From Eledone cirrhosa (taxonomy: Eukaryota), in contig OZ024745.1 of assembly GCA_964016885.1 (NCBI GenBank), positions 81,840,001 to 81,904,000 on the forward strand: DNA of 64,000 bases, written 5' to 3'. This document shows, one piece after another, positions 27,700 through 42,162 of the stretch. Position numbers and translations under genes: made by a program. The number at the start of each line of letters is the position of its first letter. Position 1 is the first letter of the stretch. Below the pieces are notes generated by a model. It had not been told where the DNA came from and searched no databases. It was given only the letters and a program-made list of their open reading frames with translations.

Positions 27700-29240
27700 A
27701 TAAATACCTGAATACCAGAAGGGAGTTGTGTAGAACATACTTCAATGATTTGGGAAGCAATCCAAAGAGCTAAAGCTGAAAAGTGAGATCTTGATGTGGT
27801 ATGGGCCCAGTCCCTCACAACTAGCTCTTGAGATGTACCATGTTCCAAGGAACATCCAAGAAATGTTGAAGATGTATTTTCGCAGTTTCTCCATGCGGTT
27901 CTCCACCAAAGAGTACTCAATAGTCTGGATCAATTTGGAGGTTGGCATATCAATGGGTTGTGCAATCTCACCTATACTGTTTTTGCTGGCAATGGAATTC
28001 ACCCTGAAGGTGGCAAAGGGCTGGTTAGCTCCAACAGTGCCTGGAGAGGGATTTTGAATGCCCCCTCTAAAGCCTTCATGGACGGCACTACAGTCCTTGC
28101 CACAAAGGAAGATGAAACACAGGCTACTGGGACAGTTGGATAAAGTAGTTGCATCTTCCAGAATGAGATTCAAACCAAAGAAATCTTGCCTCTCTCTCTG
28201 GAAGGGGAAAGTAGCAGGATCAGTGGTATATACAGTAACCAGCCAGAAGATCTCAACAGTGGCTGAGGAACCAGTCAAATGTCTCTGAAGATATGACGAC
28301 ACTCTGAAAGATATGAAAAGGGGAACCAAAACCAAGCAAATGGCGGAAAAAGGTCTGCAGGTCTTAGATCAATATGGCCTCTCTGGCAAATATAATACGT
28401 GGTGTTTGCAATTCATGTTGATCCCAAAGCTTCTCTGGTCTCTACTGATATATGATATAAGCTCTAGTATGGTGAAGGCCATATGATGTCTCTCAGAATC
28501 AGTTTCTCCTCAGATCTGTCTATGATCTCTTGCCCTCGAATATGAATATAGTTAGATGGGGCAAATCAGATAACTCTGAGTACCCATTCTGCCAATGTAG
28601 ATAGACAATGGAACACATTTTGAGCTCATGCAGAGTAGCACTAGCTCAGGGAAGATACACGTGGAGACTCAGTCAAGTGCTGATGGAAATTGTACTTGTG
28701 ATAATCATGGCAAAAGTAAAACTCGTAGTATGAGAAGGTCCAACAACATTTTATACAGCAGGAGGCAGCAAATCATGGCCAAGAACTGCTATGCCATACA
28801 AGTCACGGGAATCAAGTCTTCTGAGTGGTGCAGACGACTGGGAGTATACAATAGACCTCACAGGGTCAGCAAAACAACCTGAAATCATCAGAAAGTTGTT
28901 TGAAGCAGGATATCATATTCCATTCCAGTTAATCAAAACAGCTGATTTTAGTTGAACTTACCCTGTTATTTGAACATAGATTAAATGAAGCACACGTATT
29001 CAAGACCAAAAAATATGCCAGTTTGGCCAACCACCCAAGAGAAGCCAACTTCCATGTCAAAGTTCTTGCCATAAAGGTTGGAGCCAGAGGCTTTGTGGGA
29101 CAATCTGCCTACAATCTCATGAACTGTCTCTGGGAAGACAAAGACCAAAGCCCTTAAGGCAATATCAGAGGCAGTGGAAAGGAGTTCCAGCTGGATCTGG
29201 TCAAGGAGAAACAAAAACGAACTCCATACCACGTGAGAGG
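27700..29240 (+). mobile_element. Degenerate HERO/NeSL-type RLE LINE fragment
   Basis: GISMGCAISPILF, AFMDGTT (cf. FMDD), FKPKKS, CLQFMLIPKLLW, MEHILSSC, VGARGFVG, AISEAVERSSSWIW. Many frameshifts. Confidence 0.8.
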
Positions 29241-31369
29241 CATTATGGTTTTATTTTAACGCATGCTAAGGGAAATAACTCTGAGTCACTCATTGGTTAC
29301 AGTATGTTGACATCTCACTACTACCATGACTGCCAACATTATTTTCCAATTTAAGAAAGCGTTTAGATATAAGTTTGAAAGCAGGGGCAATGAAAAGTAG
29401 TTATGGTTAGATCCTGTCAACAAAATCTCCTTATGTTTTTAAATACACAGCAAGTTTCCAATTTCTGACTGGCTAAATCTCAGCAGGAGGGCATCCAGGA
29501 GTCATTATTTGGATGCGGCCTAGCTCCCTTAGCGTGTAAGAAGTTAAGGGCTGAAACACGCTTCAGGGGTGTTTCTTTTTTGAAGACCTTCTGCTATCCA
29601 TCTCTCCCGAGAGTGTCTTACCACCACTAATGAATCAGAAGCACAGGCGTGTGTAACAGATAGGTTTCAGTATCATGAAAATGAATTCAGAGAAGTGAGT
29701 GACGGATACAAAGTTAATTCTAGAAATATGATTGAAATATTTTTGTACTATTAAGCCTACTACCTCTTTTAAATTGTGTCTAATACATTACATTTTATTC
29801 AAGGGTCTCTGCCTAAAAGGATATTCAATCAGATGCTTAGCATTAGCAGCAATTCACTCTAGCATCCCATATTACTCAGACAAGATATTCAGATTGCATT
29901 TTAAATTCAATTTCAGCAACATACTAATACTAGTCATACTGATTTTATAGTGTGTGTGTAGAAATGTTTCGTGTAAAACATAAATGATGTAAAACATCTG
30001 TAACGATTTTCCGAGTTTGTATATAGGCCTAATCAAATTTCTATAGCAATACAGATGTTTATCACTTAACTAACCATAGCTCCAGCAAGAGTATATTACT
30101 TGTCTATGTATGAAGCATAATGTTACTATATATTAGGCTTGGGAAATGGAATGTATCTGTGTTAGTGTTTCCTAAAATCCTTTGCAATTTAAATGAAATA
30201 TGCACGTCAACAAAGACATAGAAATCTCATCATTTTTGTAGTATTTCAGTTTATCATGTCATAGCAACTTGACTTTAACAAAATCACACAGCAGATAAAT
30301 TACTACAATAGTTAGAACAAACAATGAAAACAACAAAAACATAACCAATAGTGTTTTCATTGAGTTCTTGTGAATTTGGTTTACCACCAAATAATCAGCA
30401 ATTAGTTAGTTTTTGATATATTGTTTTGAAATTGCTACATTGGTGGCTGTAATAGTTTATTATCAAGATATGAGTTATTTGACCAGAACAAGAATGCTTA
30501 ACAGTCAAGTTGATACAATATTTATAGCAAATCCTGAAAATGCTGCTACATCATGCTCTCAAGTTTTCTCTCTGTTGGTAGCGGGCATTTTAAATTCTAT
30601 CACTGGCGAACATTTGCCTATATTTAAGTTATATATAGTAAACAAAACCCAATTTATGGTGGTGTTTTTGTCATTTTGATCAGGGATGTTCTGACTATCT
30701 CAACCTTTCCAGATGTTATATGCCTACCATGCTCAGTGCACTCTTGCCCCCCCCCCCCCCCTCCGACAGTAGGACCTGGTTCGAGGGAAATTTGACTGTT
30801 AACTCTAGTAGGATGAGATGTCATTTAGAGGCATCCCTATTGGTTCACAAAGCTTAATTTCTGTGTCCATGCCTATATATGTGTGTGTGTGTGTGTTCAT
30901 CCATGTGTGTTCATGTGTCCATGCCTATGATTACTGCTTGTTTATCTCCTGTCACTTAAAAATACAAAATTTATCCTATGCAAGTTTAGCTGGCCTTTTT
31001 CGAGGTTGTATCACCCAAGAGGTTTCTTAGGTATTTTAATAATAGGGACCACAAATCTTATCCTGTAAAGTAATGTGCAATGAAGTGTGTTGCTCAAGAA
31101 TACAATGTGATGCTCATTGTGAGTTGTGAGTCCAACAACCCCCCCCCCCCCCCCCCCCTACTCACTGGGCCACATGCTCCCTGTAACAATTAGAAATCAA
31201 TAAGAGACTTGAAATAAATAAATACTGAGGTTGATCCATATCTCTTGAAGTTGGTGCCCCGAGGGTTTGATAAAATAAAGTACCAGTAATTCACCGGGGT
31301 TGATTTAATCAATCCCCCCTCCCCTCCAAATTGTTTGCTTTGCACCTAACTCAAGAAATCATTATTCTA

Positions 31370-31560
31370 AGGGTGGTGGATTGGCAGTATCGCTAGAGCA
31401 TCAGGCAACATGCTTTGCAACATAATTACAGCCCTTTACATTCTGAGTTCAAATCCTGCTATGGTTAGCTTAGCCTTTCATCCTTATTGAATCGATAAAG
31501 TATGAATAATGCACTGGGATCGATTTAGTCAACTTTCACCTTGTGCCTAAATCAGAAACC
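31370..31560 (+). mobile_element. tRNA-derived Meta-like SINE, with a partial second copy just upstream
   Basis: GGTGGTGGATTGGCAG head, GAGTTCAAATCC B-box and GCCTTTCATCC core. Confidence 0.65.
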
Positions 31561-32363
31561 ACTATTATTATTTGTATTATTATTATCAATTTGCAAGCTC
31601 TTATGAAAATGTCAGGGTTAAATGAATTCTGATAATGTTGTTTTCATTCTATTGCAAGATTATGCTTGAAACAGTAATAATTTGTGTTTTAGTTGTCATG
31701 CTATAATTGATGTATTGAGATTTTTAAACAGCTTTTGTTTTATTTCTAGTTTCTGTAATAGAAAATAATTAATAGGTGTCACCTCCAGCTCATAACTGGG
31801 CAGGTAATATTAAGAATGACATCTAAATGCGAAACAATTCAAGTGCAAATATCTAAATTTTCCAAATCTATTCTACATATTCTTGTATGAAAAGAAATGC
31901 ATTGAAATGTTATTAAACTAAACTATCTAATGAAATGCCTTTGAAGTTGATAGGTTAACAAAACTTACCTCAAAACCTGACATACTTAAATAGTATGAAC
32001 ATCAATTATTTTTTAATGATATAACTTTGTTGATGATTGAAAGGTTATATTGACAAGGGGAGTATGAGCTCTGCCAGAAATAAAGCATTATTTTAATTTT
32101 TTTTTTAAATTTACTTATACAAATTTATCACTTTCATTGAGTTTTGACAAGATTTTCATTTTTTTTTTTACTCAAGATATAATTGTACTAAATACAAAAA
32201 ATGAATAATAAAAAAAGGAAATCTTGTTTTTGTAGAATTTTACTATAAAATATATACGTATCATAATATAATATAACGAAGGGAGGAGTGTGGGACTGCG
32301 TCCTGAATATTTCTTTTTATCCCGTTTGTAAAAAAATAAGTTGGATTACTTTGAATAAATAAT

Positions 32364-32548
32364 TGTTTCTACTTTAGGCACAGGGCCAGCAATTACCCAG
32401 TGCATTACTGGTACTTTATTTTATCGACCCCGTAAGGATGAAAGGCAAAGTCAACCTCGGCGGGATTTGAACTCAGATCGTAAAGGGACGTAACTATGCT
32501 GGAAAGCATGGCGTCAAACCTTCTACCGATACTGCCAATCCACCGCCC
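32364..32548 (-). mobile_element. Young tRNA-derived Meta-like SINE with a 17-bp TSD
   Basis: CpGs retained. TACTTTGAATAAATAAT occurs at 32347 and 32549. Same family as 5490-5651. Confidence 0.85.
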
Positions 32549-35500
32549 TACTTTGAATAAATAATGAATGAATATTACATAATTTATGTACTAAATTTTG
32601 TAACTCTTCATTAAATATAAATAATTTTATTGCTTATTTCAAGATTCACTTCTTTAAAATTTTCAAATGTCAACACTTCCAGTTAGCGTCCGTTATATTA
32701 TAACACTTATTACTTGCATCGTTATATAAGGTTTATATTTCTGTCGCTAATTTTCTCCTAATGCAGTTTGTATATAATATTGTCTTTTTTTGCATATTCT
32801 CTATTATGACTTTATTTGACATATCAAATCTAAATGGATACATATTTGCATATAATATCAATATGCACATTACATATCGTAGCAGAAAACCACCCGAAAG
32901 GTGGTTTTTCTGCTAGTATATACAATACTAAGAGCAAATGGGTATATAACCCCTTCAAATACGTGATTCCTTGTAATAGTTTGGATGATATACATGCCTT
33001 CTGGAGAGGGCCCAATTAGGTTCGAAAATCGATTAAAGGTGTTTATCCTTTTTTCAATTTAAGGGAAATTTGTATTTTCTGGCATGTTTACATGCCTAAA
33101 TATTAAATGTGTATATTTATATACACATTGGTCCAGTCTCTGTTATCCACTCAATGTGTGCAGATATATATTGTAGTTTTCCAGGGTTCAGTTATTGTGT
33201 CAAACTTACTATTGTTTTTGCATTACATTTATGAATTTATTGGCTTTGTTTTTGTGGGTGTTGTTTATGCTCTTGACAAATTGGATACCACCTCTAACCA
33301 AATTTTATTGTTGATCTGAAGTTTTTTGCATCACATTGATTTTCTTTTAATATATATATATATTTCCCCTTTTTTCTTTTTTCCTTGTAGGTTATTTGCA
33401 ACACTGCTCCAAATGTTTTCTTTCTTCCTCCTATCCTTTTAATTATGATTACTACTCTCCTTGTAATCTTCTTCTTCATACTCCTCTTCTTTCTCTCTCG
33501 TGGTACCTACCCCATTAACATTAACTAAAACTTTTTCTCTTTTACAGGATGACTCCTGCAGGCTATTTGAGCCTACTTTCAAGTTTTCTTGTGATTCTTC
33601 GTTTATTCACAACCTACCCATAGTATACCCCTTACTAATTCTACTGCTCTGTCACATCATTTCATATATCCTTCATTACTCTCCCACTAATTATTCACAA
33701 AATTCACACTGCCATTGATTTTTCTTCTTTTTTCTTTTCTTTTTTTTTTTTTGCTAGTCATCACCGATATTTGTACTTCTTGCTGGCACTCTTGAAATAA
33801 TTGCTTTCAAATTCGGCAGATTTTATTAAATCTTTCATTAAACCTCATCTGAAGGATTTAGGCACTGCTTTTTATAAACACATCCAGTGATGAACTCCTA
33901 AAAAATAATATATATTTGTAAATGGGTTAATGTTAATGCTACTTTCATTGCATAATTTCATCTAAAAATATTTTCATCTGCTTATTCTATATATTAGATT
34001 TACTTGGACATTGTATCAAATATCATTTTATAAGATAATTCTTTCAATCATATCCCCCATCCCTCAAATCTATCAATAAATACCTGTTAATTTAGCTTTT
34101 AATTTAAACTTTAATATTGCTAACCAGTTTTTAATATTGTGGAAATATAATTTTTCTTGATTGAAGTAATTGTATACTTTCTAGAGATTTTAAAAATCTA
34201 GATTGAGTTTTATTAAACTTAATATCATTAATTAAGCTTAATTATCTACCTGTTCTTACTGACCACTAGAAGAATTATAGATAGCTATTAATTTAGATCA
34301 TGTATTAGAATATTATAAAACTTATTTAGTAACACTATATCATCATCATGATCGTCATCAAATTTACCTTTACTTTTCTGATACTGATTTGATATTTGCT
34401 CACGCATTTAAATTGCAGTAAATGGTTGTTATATAAAGAAAATAAGTGCTAGCAGTGCTTAATTCCTTCTGAAATTGTTTAACACTTTTCATTTTTACAG
34501 TCTTTCTTCTAAAAACTGAATTTGCTTCAGGAGAAGACAGAATTTCATTATTTTTATCAATACAAATTGAAAGTCTTTCACAGAATATTTTTCCTTAAGC
34601 TTTCTGTTGAACTTGAGGGAACCATAAGTGTGCTAGGCTTGTATTATATTCAGGTTTATTGCTAAGAAACACCCGAAAGCTTGCTTGATTGCCATAAAAA
34701 ACTATTATATGCTCTAGCATGTAATATAACATCTGATAGTTAGCATGTTAGTAAACAGATGAAATATTTTAATTGTCAATAACATCAGAGAATGAACCAA
34801 ACATTTTCCCTTTTACTCCGAATGATGGACTATTTTGAGAAAAAAAAAAAAAAAAAATTTTTTTTTATTTTGCTAGCTTTTATGCATGTATTTCTGCAAT
34901 TTGGTTGTTTGTCTTCTTTCAATAAATTGTAATTAGGAAAAGTTGAAGCCTAAAGATTTGCCGTATGTTGTAAAGTCAATAATATGAAACCAGCAAGTGG
35001 TACTAATATTGTGGTAAATCAATTGTACACAATTGATATACCACTGACCAAACATGTTCAATTATGAAACACTTTCTTTCAGTCTTTCAGTTCCTTCTTC
35101 AACACAGTTGTGTGGCATCATTTTATCCATTACTTAAAAGTGATCCCCACTCTACCCTCTTTAAAACAATGTTCTTGAATAAAATGTTTTATTGTTTCAA
35201 GAAACAATTTAGGAAAAAATGATGATGATAATAATAATCACTTTTAATTAATGGCATAAATTTGTGTTGCAGTTCAGTTTTTGTTATACCTGACAGTTTT
35301 TGTTATACTTGACCTGAGGGGAAAATAAGGGCCTTTTCTCCATAGATTACATGCACACACATATACATATACACAGGCACACACGCCCATAAAAGTTGAG
35401 TGCCCAATTAATCCTCACAAAGAAGATGACACGATTGAGATATCTAAGATTATGCTATACTGCAGAAGATGTGACTTCTGGTCTTTACCCTTTCCCAGTC

Positions 35501-37544
35501 TTAATGTCCCCATCCCCTACCCATCACGACTTAAATAATCCACGCGTCTCATCCATGTCGAACTTGCTTACTGGTTCCCCCCAACCCTTACTTCTCACCC
35601 GTGAAACACCTCCCTGCCAAAGAACCCAGTCTATTCTCCCTTCAGGCCACTATATATTTTGAGAATTTCTAATATTTCCTTTTGGTTTTTTTCCCCCTTA
35701 TAATAAGACTTTAACAACACTTACATTTTTATTTATTTATTTATTGTACATGTATAGTGCAAATTTGATCTATTTCTGAATTGTTGAAATGTTCCATCCC
35801 AGTATACTGTCTACATTATTGGTGAGCAGAACAGTGAAAATGAAGCTTTATTCTGTTAGTGAGTGGTTTATTAATCAAACCAACACAGTCGTTACTGTAT
35901 TTATATGACATAATAAATTAAATTTTATTCAACCTGTAGACAAATAAGACCGTTGATTACCATAACCCTTAAACAAAACACTCAGAAAATAGTGTATGTG
36001 ATTCAATCTTAACAAATCTTTCATATTACTATGTATGTAAGAAACGAATCTGAAATATTACAAAATATCTAACAGAATTAGTATTGTAGGATTTCTGTAC
36101 TTTTAAAAATATAATCTTATGTGTTTTTAATGAAGTATTGACATCCTTCAGAACAGCTTTCATCATCCATAATCTTTCATTATTTTCCATTGTCCATAGT
36201 GCTTCGTTTATCCTTAGCTACAAATCTTTACTTTTTAAATGAAACCCACCGTGTTGCTTATACACTGGAAAATACTGTAATGCTCATTTCATTAGTTTAA
36301 AATATTTGTTGTTTTTCTGCAAGACACACACAGTAATACCAAATTTTATTTCTAATTTTTCTGCGTTGTCTTAGGGAAGAGTTTAACAGTATAAACACTT
36401 TGCCAGACATCTTTTGAGAAAACTAGTTCCATCTGTTATTTATCTAGATTAGTTCATCCATATGTTGTAAGCTAAAAAAAAGTGTTCTTATTGTGTTGTG
36501 TTTCTATATTTGTTTGATTCCTGACTCTCTAGCCATGATTTGTTGTGTGGAGGAATGTTTGAAGGAAATAATTATACCATGGCAGGCTTTACACAATATG
36601 TTCTTGCTATTTAGTTGTTTAATTCCAAGTTGCTCCCATGACCATTTAATTTATGACCACCTACTACCTTTTTTCTTTTCAGGCATACTATACCTCAGAG
36701 CATAATTACTCAGTGTTTTTTTTCTAGAATCCTTTTCTCACTATTTCTAGCAAGTTGAGTGACCATTTAGTTAATCCTTTGTTGACCCCTACTATTTAGT
36801 TAGAGATTTAAGTGGGAACTTAACAACTCCACCTGTCTGTTTTTAGTTGGTAATTGTTTATGTTAGTTTAGTCATTCGTCAACAACCTTTGAGAACACTT
36901 TTATTACTTGTAATAAGATTATTTGGCAGATATTTATCGTAGAAAAGTAGATTTTAAAAATTACTTTCACTATCTTATTAACTTTATTTTAATTGTAATA
37001 TGTAAGTTTTTTCTTACAGTTAATTTATAAGGTGTATTTTAATGTGATAACTTTCTGAATTTGAAGACTGGCTACATTATTGAATCCCTTATCACCTTCT
37101 GACTCTGTAGCACTATATATCAGTACAATATATCAATACTCCACACACCTTTTGAAAACTAGATTCTGGTTTAAAACAAATAAACTGATTGTGTGATGAT
37201 AGATTATCAAGATTATTTATCATAAAGAATATTGTTGTTATTATTTTCAGATACTTTTTCATATTAGCACCTATTTTTAGCTGTTTGTTTAAACACTGTT
37301 TATACATAAAGTTGTGTAAACTGATGCCAGAGAACTGCTCTTGTATTTAAATTTAACTCTGAAAAATACTGACGTAAGAGTTGATTAGATTTCTCTGTTG
37401 AATATATATCTTTGTTCTAAAAGAAACTTGTACGCTTGAGCTTTGTTAAATAAGTTCTCTCCTGAATAACATTTAATAGCTTAAGCATGTGATATGATGG
37501 GTTAATGTTTGTATTTATGTAAATTATCAGTTTATATTTACTTT

Positions 37545-37795
37545 TTGGAGTAGGAATATTTGATGTATGATCCTAATGTTGTCAGTTCAATTCCTGGACG
37601 GCTGCTAAGTTGTGTTCTTGAGCAAAACACAGTACACTCGGGGCTGAGATGTGTACCAGCTGTAGTTAGGGAGTTAAACTTTCAATAGTCCAGCATCCTG
37701 CCCAGGGAGAGACTTGTTTTCACAGTCGTTTAGCACCAAGGAACCCAGGGATAAGCACCAGCCTGATGAGCCTTCAGCAAGTCTGTGAACTCTTT
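37545..37795 (+). mobile_element. V-SINE-like element
   Basis: GTTCAATTCC B-box, TGTGTTCTTGAGCAAAACAC, CATCCTGCCCAGGG and GGGATAAGCACCAGCCTGATGAGCC. Confidence 0.6.
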
Positions 37796-38271
37796 GACAA
37801 TCAATTTAATGATTATTTTATTTATTTCATATTTAATTTCTGTTTATTTCATTTTATGAACTTTTATCAGATTTTTATAATTTTCTTAATTTTTAAAATT
37901 TTATTTTAGCTATGAATTTAGTTGTACACATGATTTCTTTCTCACTAAATATTCTCATAAAGGCGAGAATCTAAAAAAATATATATTACCTAATTAAGTA
38001 GGTTTATTAATGTGTGCTAGAAATTAAAAACCAATACTTGGGAGAGAATCTGTTCTTCATTCAGTTTAACTGTTTAAATGATGTTGGACCTTATATTTTT
38101 GGAATCATGCATTTTATATAAATAAGATTTAAATTACAAAGGCACATTTGTAGGTTTTACAATTTATATTCACATATAGAGGAGGCTGGTGAAAAAATTT
38201 ACTCCTCTTTCATTGGATGTATTTGTTTTATTTTAGAATTTTATACTCACCATTATTTTTGTCATTGCCAT

Positions 38272-38552
38272 CATGGCTTTGTGGTTAGGTTATTGGACTC
38301 ATGATCATAATATTGATAGTTTGATTACTGGAGCAGGTAGTGTTTTGTGTTCTTCAGCAAAACACTTCATTTCACTTTGCTCTAGTACACATAGCTGAAA
38401 AATTAGTACCAGTAGTAGGTGAGAGTTTAATCCTGCGATGGACTGGTGCTCTGTCCAGGGTGAAGTTTTGTACTCTCAGACATTTAACACCAAGGAAACT
38501 GGGATAAGCACTGGCCTAATGAGCCTCCAGATTTTAGACAGGCATTAGACTT
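38272..38552 (+). mobile_element. V-SINE-like element
   Basis: CCTGCGATGGACTGG...GTCCAGGG V-domain-like core and GGAAACTGGGATAAGC...AATGAGCC; paralogous to 37545. Confidence 0.65.
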
Positions 38553-38754
38553 TAGAGACAGTCAACATCATCATCATGAAAGTGCAATCATCACAAATCA
38601 ATCCTATCAGTTCACAGGGCATTTTTGTCCTTTAAGTTATGCTTTGTAAGGAAAGCATAAATGTGTGACCGCTGTCATTTTTCCATTCATGCCTCTAAAA
38701 ATTATTCCACATGACCATCATTTTCTGTTTTTATTGACATTATTATTATTATTA

Positions 38755-38945
38755 TTAGAATTGTTAGGTAAAATGCTTTGTGGCATACGTTTCTGCTCTT
38801 TACTTTCTAAGTTCAAATCCTGCTGAGGTTAACTTTGCCTTTCATCCAAGGTCGATAAAGTAAAGTACCAGTGAAATACTGGGACCGATATAAGCATCTT
38901 TCCCCTCCCCACAAAGTGTGGGCCATGTGTCTATATTAGAAATCA
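38755..38945 (+). mobile_element. Meta-like SINE remnant
   Basis: GTTCAAATCC and CTTTGCCTTTCATCC..GTCGATAA..AAGTACCAG. Confidence 0.65.
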
Positions 38946-39549
38946 TTATATATGTTATATAAGCCAACTTTTGTTTAAGTGTATATCATCTGAAGGCAAC
39001 CCTTTATATGTTAAATGGAACCAGATCCTGAGATTTTGCATTATACACAGATTTGTTACATATTCAGTTATTCTAATCCAGAGTTTTATTTTAGAATGTT
39101 GTTGTATTCCAATTCCAAATTCTCTTGTTTTTACATTGTTGGAACTTGACTATTTCTTTCTTTTCTTATTAAAACAGATGTTATTATTTAATACATTAAG
39201 AACAATTGATGACATCTCTCATTCCTTTAATATTTTTTCAGTTTGCTAATAATAAATTTCTCACGTGAACAACACTATATATGTCTATGCATGCAGGCAA
39301 GCGCACACAAAGTACACACACAACTCTCTCTCTCTCAAATTGACTCAATCTTGAATCCTTCACCCAGCTACATTTATATCTATCTCTTTATTTCTCATTG
39401 TTAACATGGAGTATGATGGTTATATAAAAGTGTGCATGTCCATATATTTTAAGCAAAGGGTTTACAATTGAATTTCTTTCCTAATCAATTCTACAGTAAA
39501 AGTTGTACTCACAAGGTGGACCAAATTTAATATGCTTTGATTATTGAAG

Positions 39550-39930
39550 TAAATTGAAACTTATGAATTATTTTTAGAACCGGAGTGGGTATGAATTTTA
39601 TTGAATTTAACTTTGAATTAGAAGCTTCAACGCATGTTTTTGACTATGAAAAATGGTCTAACATGTTGCGTATATAAGCCTCTGGAGACAGAAAAATTTG
39701 GATAACAATGCTTGTAGGACACTGTCCACTTTTTTCCATCCCTAGGGAGACTTATATGTCCAACTTAATAGATTATTTTTCATAGTAAAAAACATGCATT
39801 GAAGCTTCTAAGTTTAAGTGAAGTTGAATATAATTAAACTGGAATAGAGGTAGATTGAACCAACTACAAGGAAAATGGTTTTCTTAAACACTTTGACTCC
39901 ATCCGGAACAAGTTTTGAAGTTCTAACAAT
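39550..39930. mobile_element. Old foldback element or MITE
   Basis: TTAGAAGCTTCAACGCATGTTTTTGACTATGAAAAAT (~39618) is inverted at ~39775-39811, and imperfect arms extend further. Confidence 0.55.
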
Positions 39931-42162
39931 TTAGTCATTGTAACTATTTTAATCTCATAGAAATTCTACCTCTCTTATTCAAACTAACTTTCAATGAATC
40001 AATAATTTATCTATTAATTTATTCTTGTTTGAGAGGACCTAATTTCCACACCAAAAACTGTCTTAATCCACAGTTAATTTCACTTTCTATCAAACCTTTC
40101 TTTTGTCTTTTGCTTACGTGCTCTGGTGTTAGCTAATCTGAACAGTAATTTCAATAACTTGTACAGGGTACATTTACAGTGACAGAACAACAATTGGCAA
40201 TTCTTCTGTTAAGGAACTGTCATTTTCCACCTAGCTATTGTGGCTGCCCACCCCATAGAATATTGTCATGTTGATATTTCTATAACATATCAACTTTATT
40301 TGGTATTCCTATATTTTCTCAACCTGACTTGATTCAAATTAAGTTAAAACCTGTTTATCTATTAAAAGAATAAATTAAAAATGATATTTGGACAGATTGT
40401 GTGTTCATGCCCCAAAAGGTTGAGAGGACTCGTCAGTTGTGTCAACAGCACGATAATCTACATGATAACACACACCTAGTACACACTGTAATGGATATCC
40501 GCCTGTAGAAAACATGTCAAACAAAGGTTCGGGTAGATTCTTCCTTGGTGCCAAAGATACAGCAACTCCCACTCTCTAGTGCTGCTGCTTTGATAAAATG
40601 CACTCTACCGAGTGAGGGAACATACGTAAGCAAGATGTGGGTCCCCAGCTTATCTGAGAGATCAGTAGCTCTGCTTGAGTACTGGCTTGCTCTCAGGGAA
40701 GACGGACATTAAATGATTTACAGAATGAGTGATCAGTGTAAACTTTTAATCTTGGGCGTGAGAGATCAATGAAAACTTTTGATCTAAGTGATGAGAGATG
40801 GATGTAAATTTCTGATGTAATGTATTGTATATCGATGAAATTTTGTAGAATACCTTACCGGAAAAATCCTTTTATAAAGAAAATGTTAGTCTACAATATT
40901 GTATCTGACATAATATTTCTGATGATAGATAGTATATTTACCTACTCTTCTATTGATATTCTTGCACTTCTCTATTTATCAAACATTGATTAATATTTTG
41001 AGGGGGTCTTTTGTAATTTTTTTAGAAACTACAGATTCATTTCTATGTTACTCTTTCATTTGTAGCAGTGATCAAAATCTTTTGCATGCATGAAGAAATA
41101 CTCCCTTGAGTGACTGCCTCCACATGATTCACCATTAAACTGTGCTGCCTTATTGCCCATTTTATCTTTACATCTGCTGTTTCCTAGAAGCAGATTGTCT
41201 AGAATACTAAATACTTGACACACCTGCCATTTCTTCACAATAACCTTACTGTCGTTTTCGACATATACATTTTACTAAACACTTTTCTTAATCCTTAGAT
41301 TTTCTCTGTACACTACCCATGTGTTTCCACCAAGCATTAACCTATAATAATTTAAACTCTACATCAGCCTCATATGACCCATTTCTTCTTTGAGTTTACT
41401 ACTGAACATTAAAAATGAAAATACAAGTTTGAATATTCACATTTGCTCGAGCTCCTTGTCTTTCACAGTCTTGTTTTTCATTGCCATACATTATAGTACT
41501 TGAATATACACAAAGATGTCTTAAAGAGACTTGAGTTTTTGCAGGTTGATGTTTGTGGGGAAAACATGGGTACGTGATGTGTTCCAGAAGGATGCACTTC
41601 TGGGCAGATGGATTAGGACAGGTGTTGGGTGTGGTATTTCGTAGGGGTGGGGCTGAGACAGTAGTGATATCAAGAGGAAGGGATGTGATGCCATTAAGTG
41701 GTATGTTGATTGCTTTTCATAGAAGCAGAACTTATTTTAGCAGCAGTCAAGTAACAGTACTTTTGTGATCTTGAGGTTATTGCATAAGAAAAAGTAAATC
41801 GTTGCTAATTAGGTGAATGGCCTTTTATGTGTTTACATGTGTGTGTAGCAGTTAACCCATCTTAGATATGTAACAGTACTGCAATGTAGGCCAGTGAAGG
41901 ACTCAGTTTGAAACATTAGATACTGCCTTTTCTCATATTAATCTAACATAACTCTGTTTCTGTACTAGTGATTCATCATTTTCAACCAGAACTAGTTTCC
42001 TTGATTACTAGTGGCCCTACAATCATTTGAAACATTAGATACTGCCTGTTCTCATGCTAACTTAACATACCTCTGCCTCTTACCATTTCAAACCACCACT
42101 AATTTCTCTGAATACTTGTAGCCCTACAATCAAATCCTTCTGCTTATATAACAAAGAAAATG

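Noticed and set aside
37755-37790. CTGATGAG as a hammerhead ribozyme core
   Set aside because: No properly placed GAAA or stems; it is part of the V-SINE 3' region, and the paralogue reads CTAATGAG.
40050-41500. Faint integrase- or RT-like remnants on the minus strand
   Set aside because: Too decayed to assign by eye.
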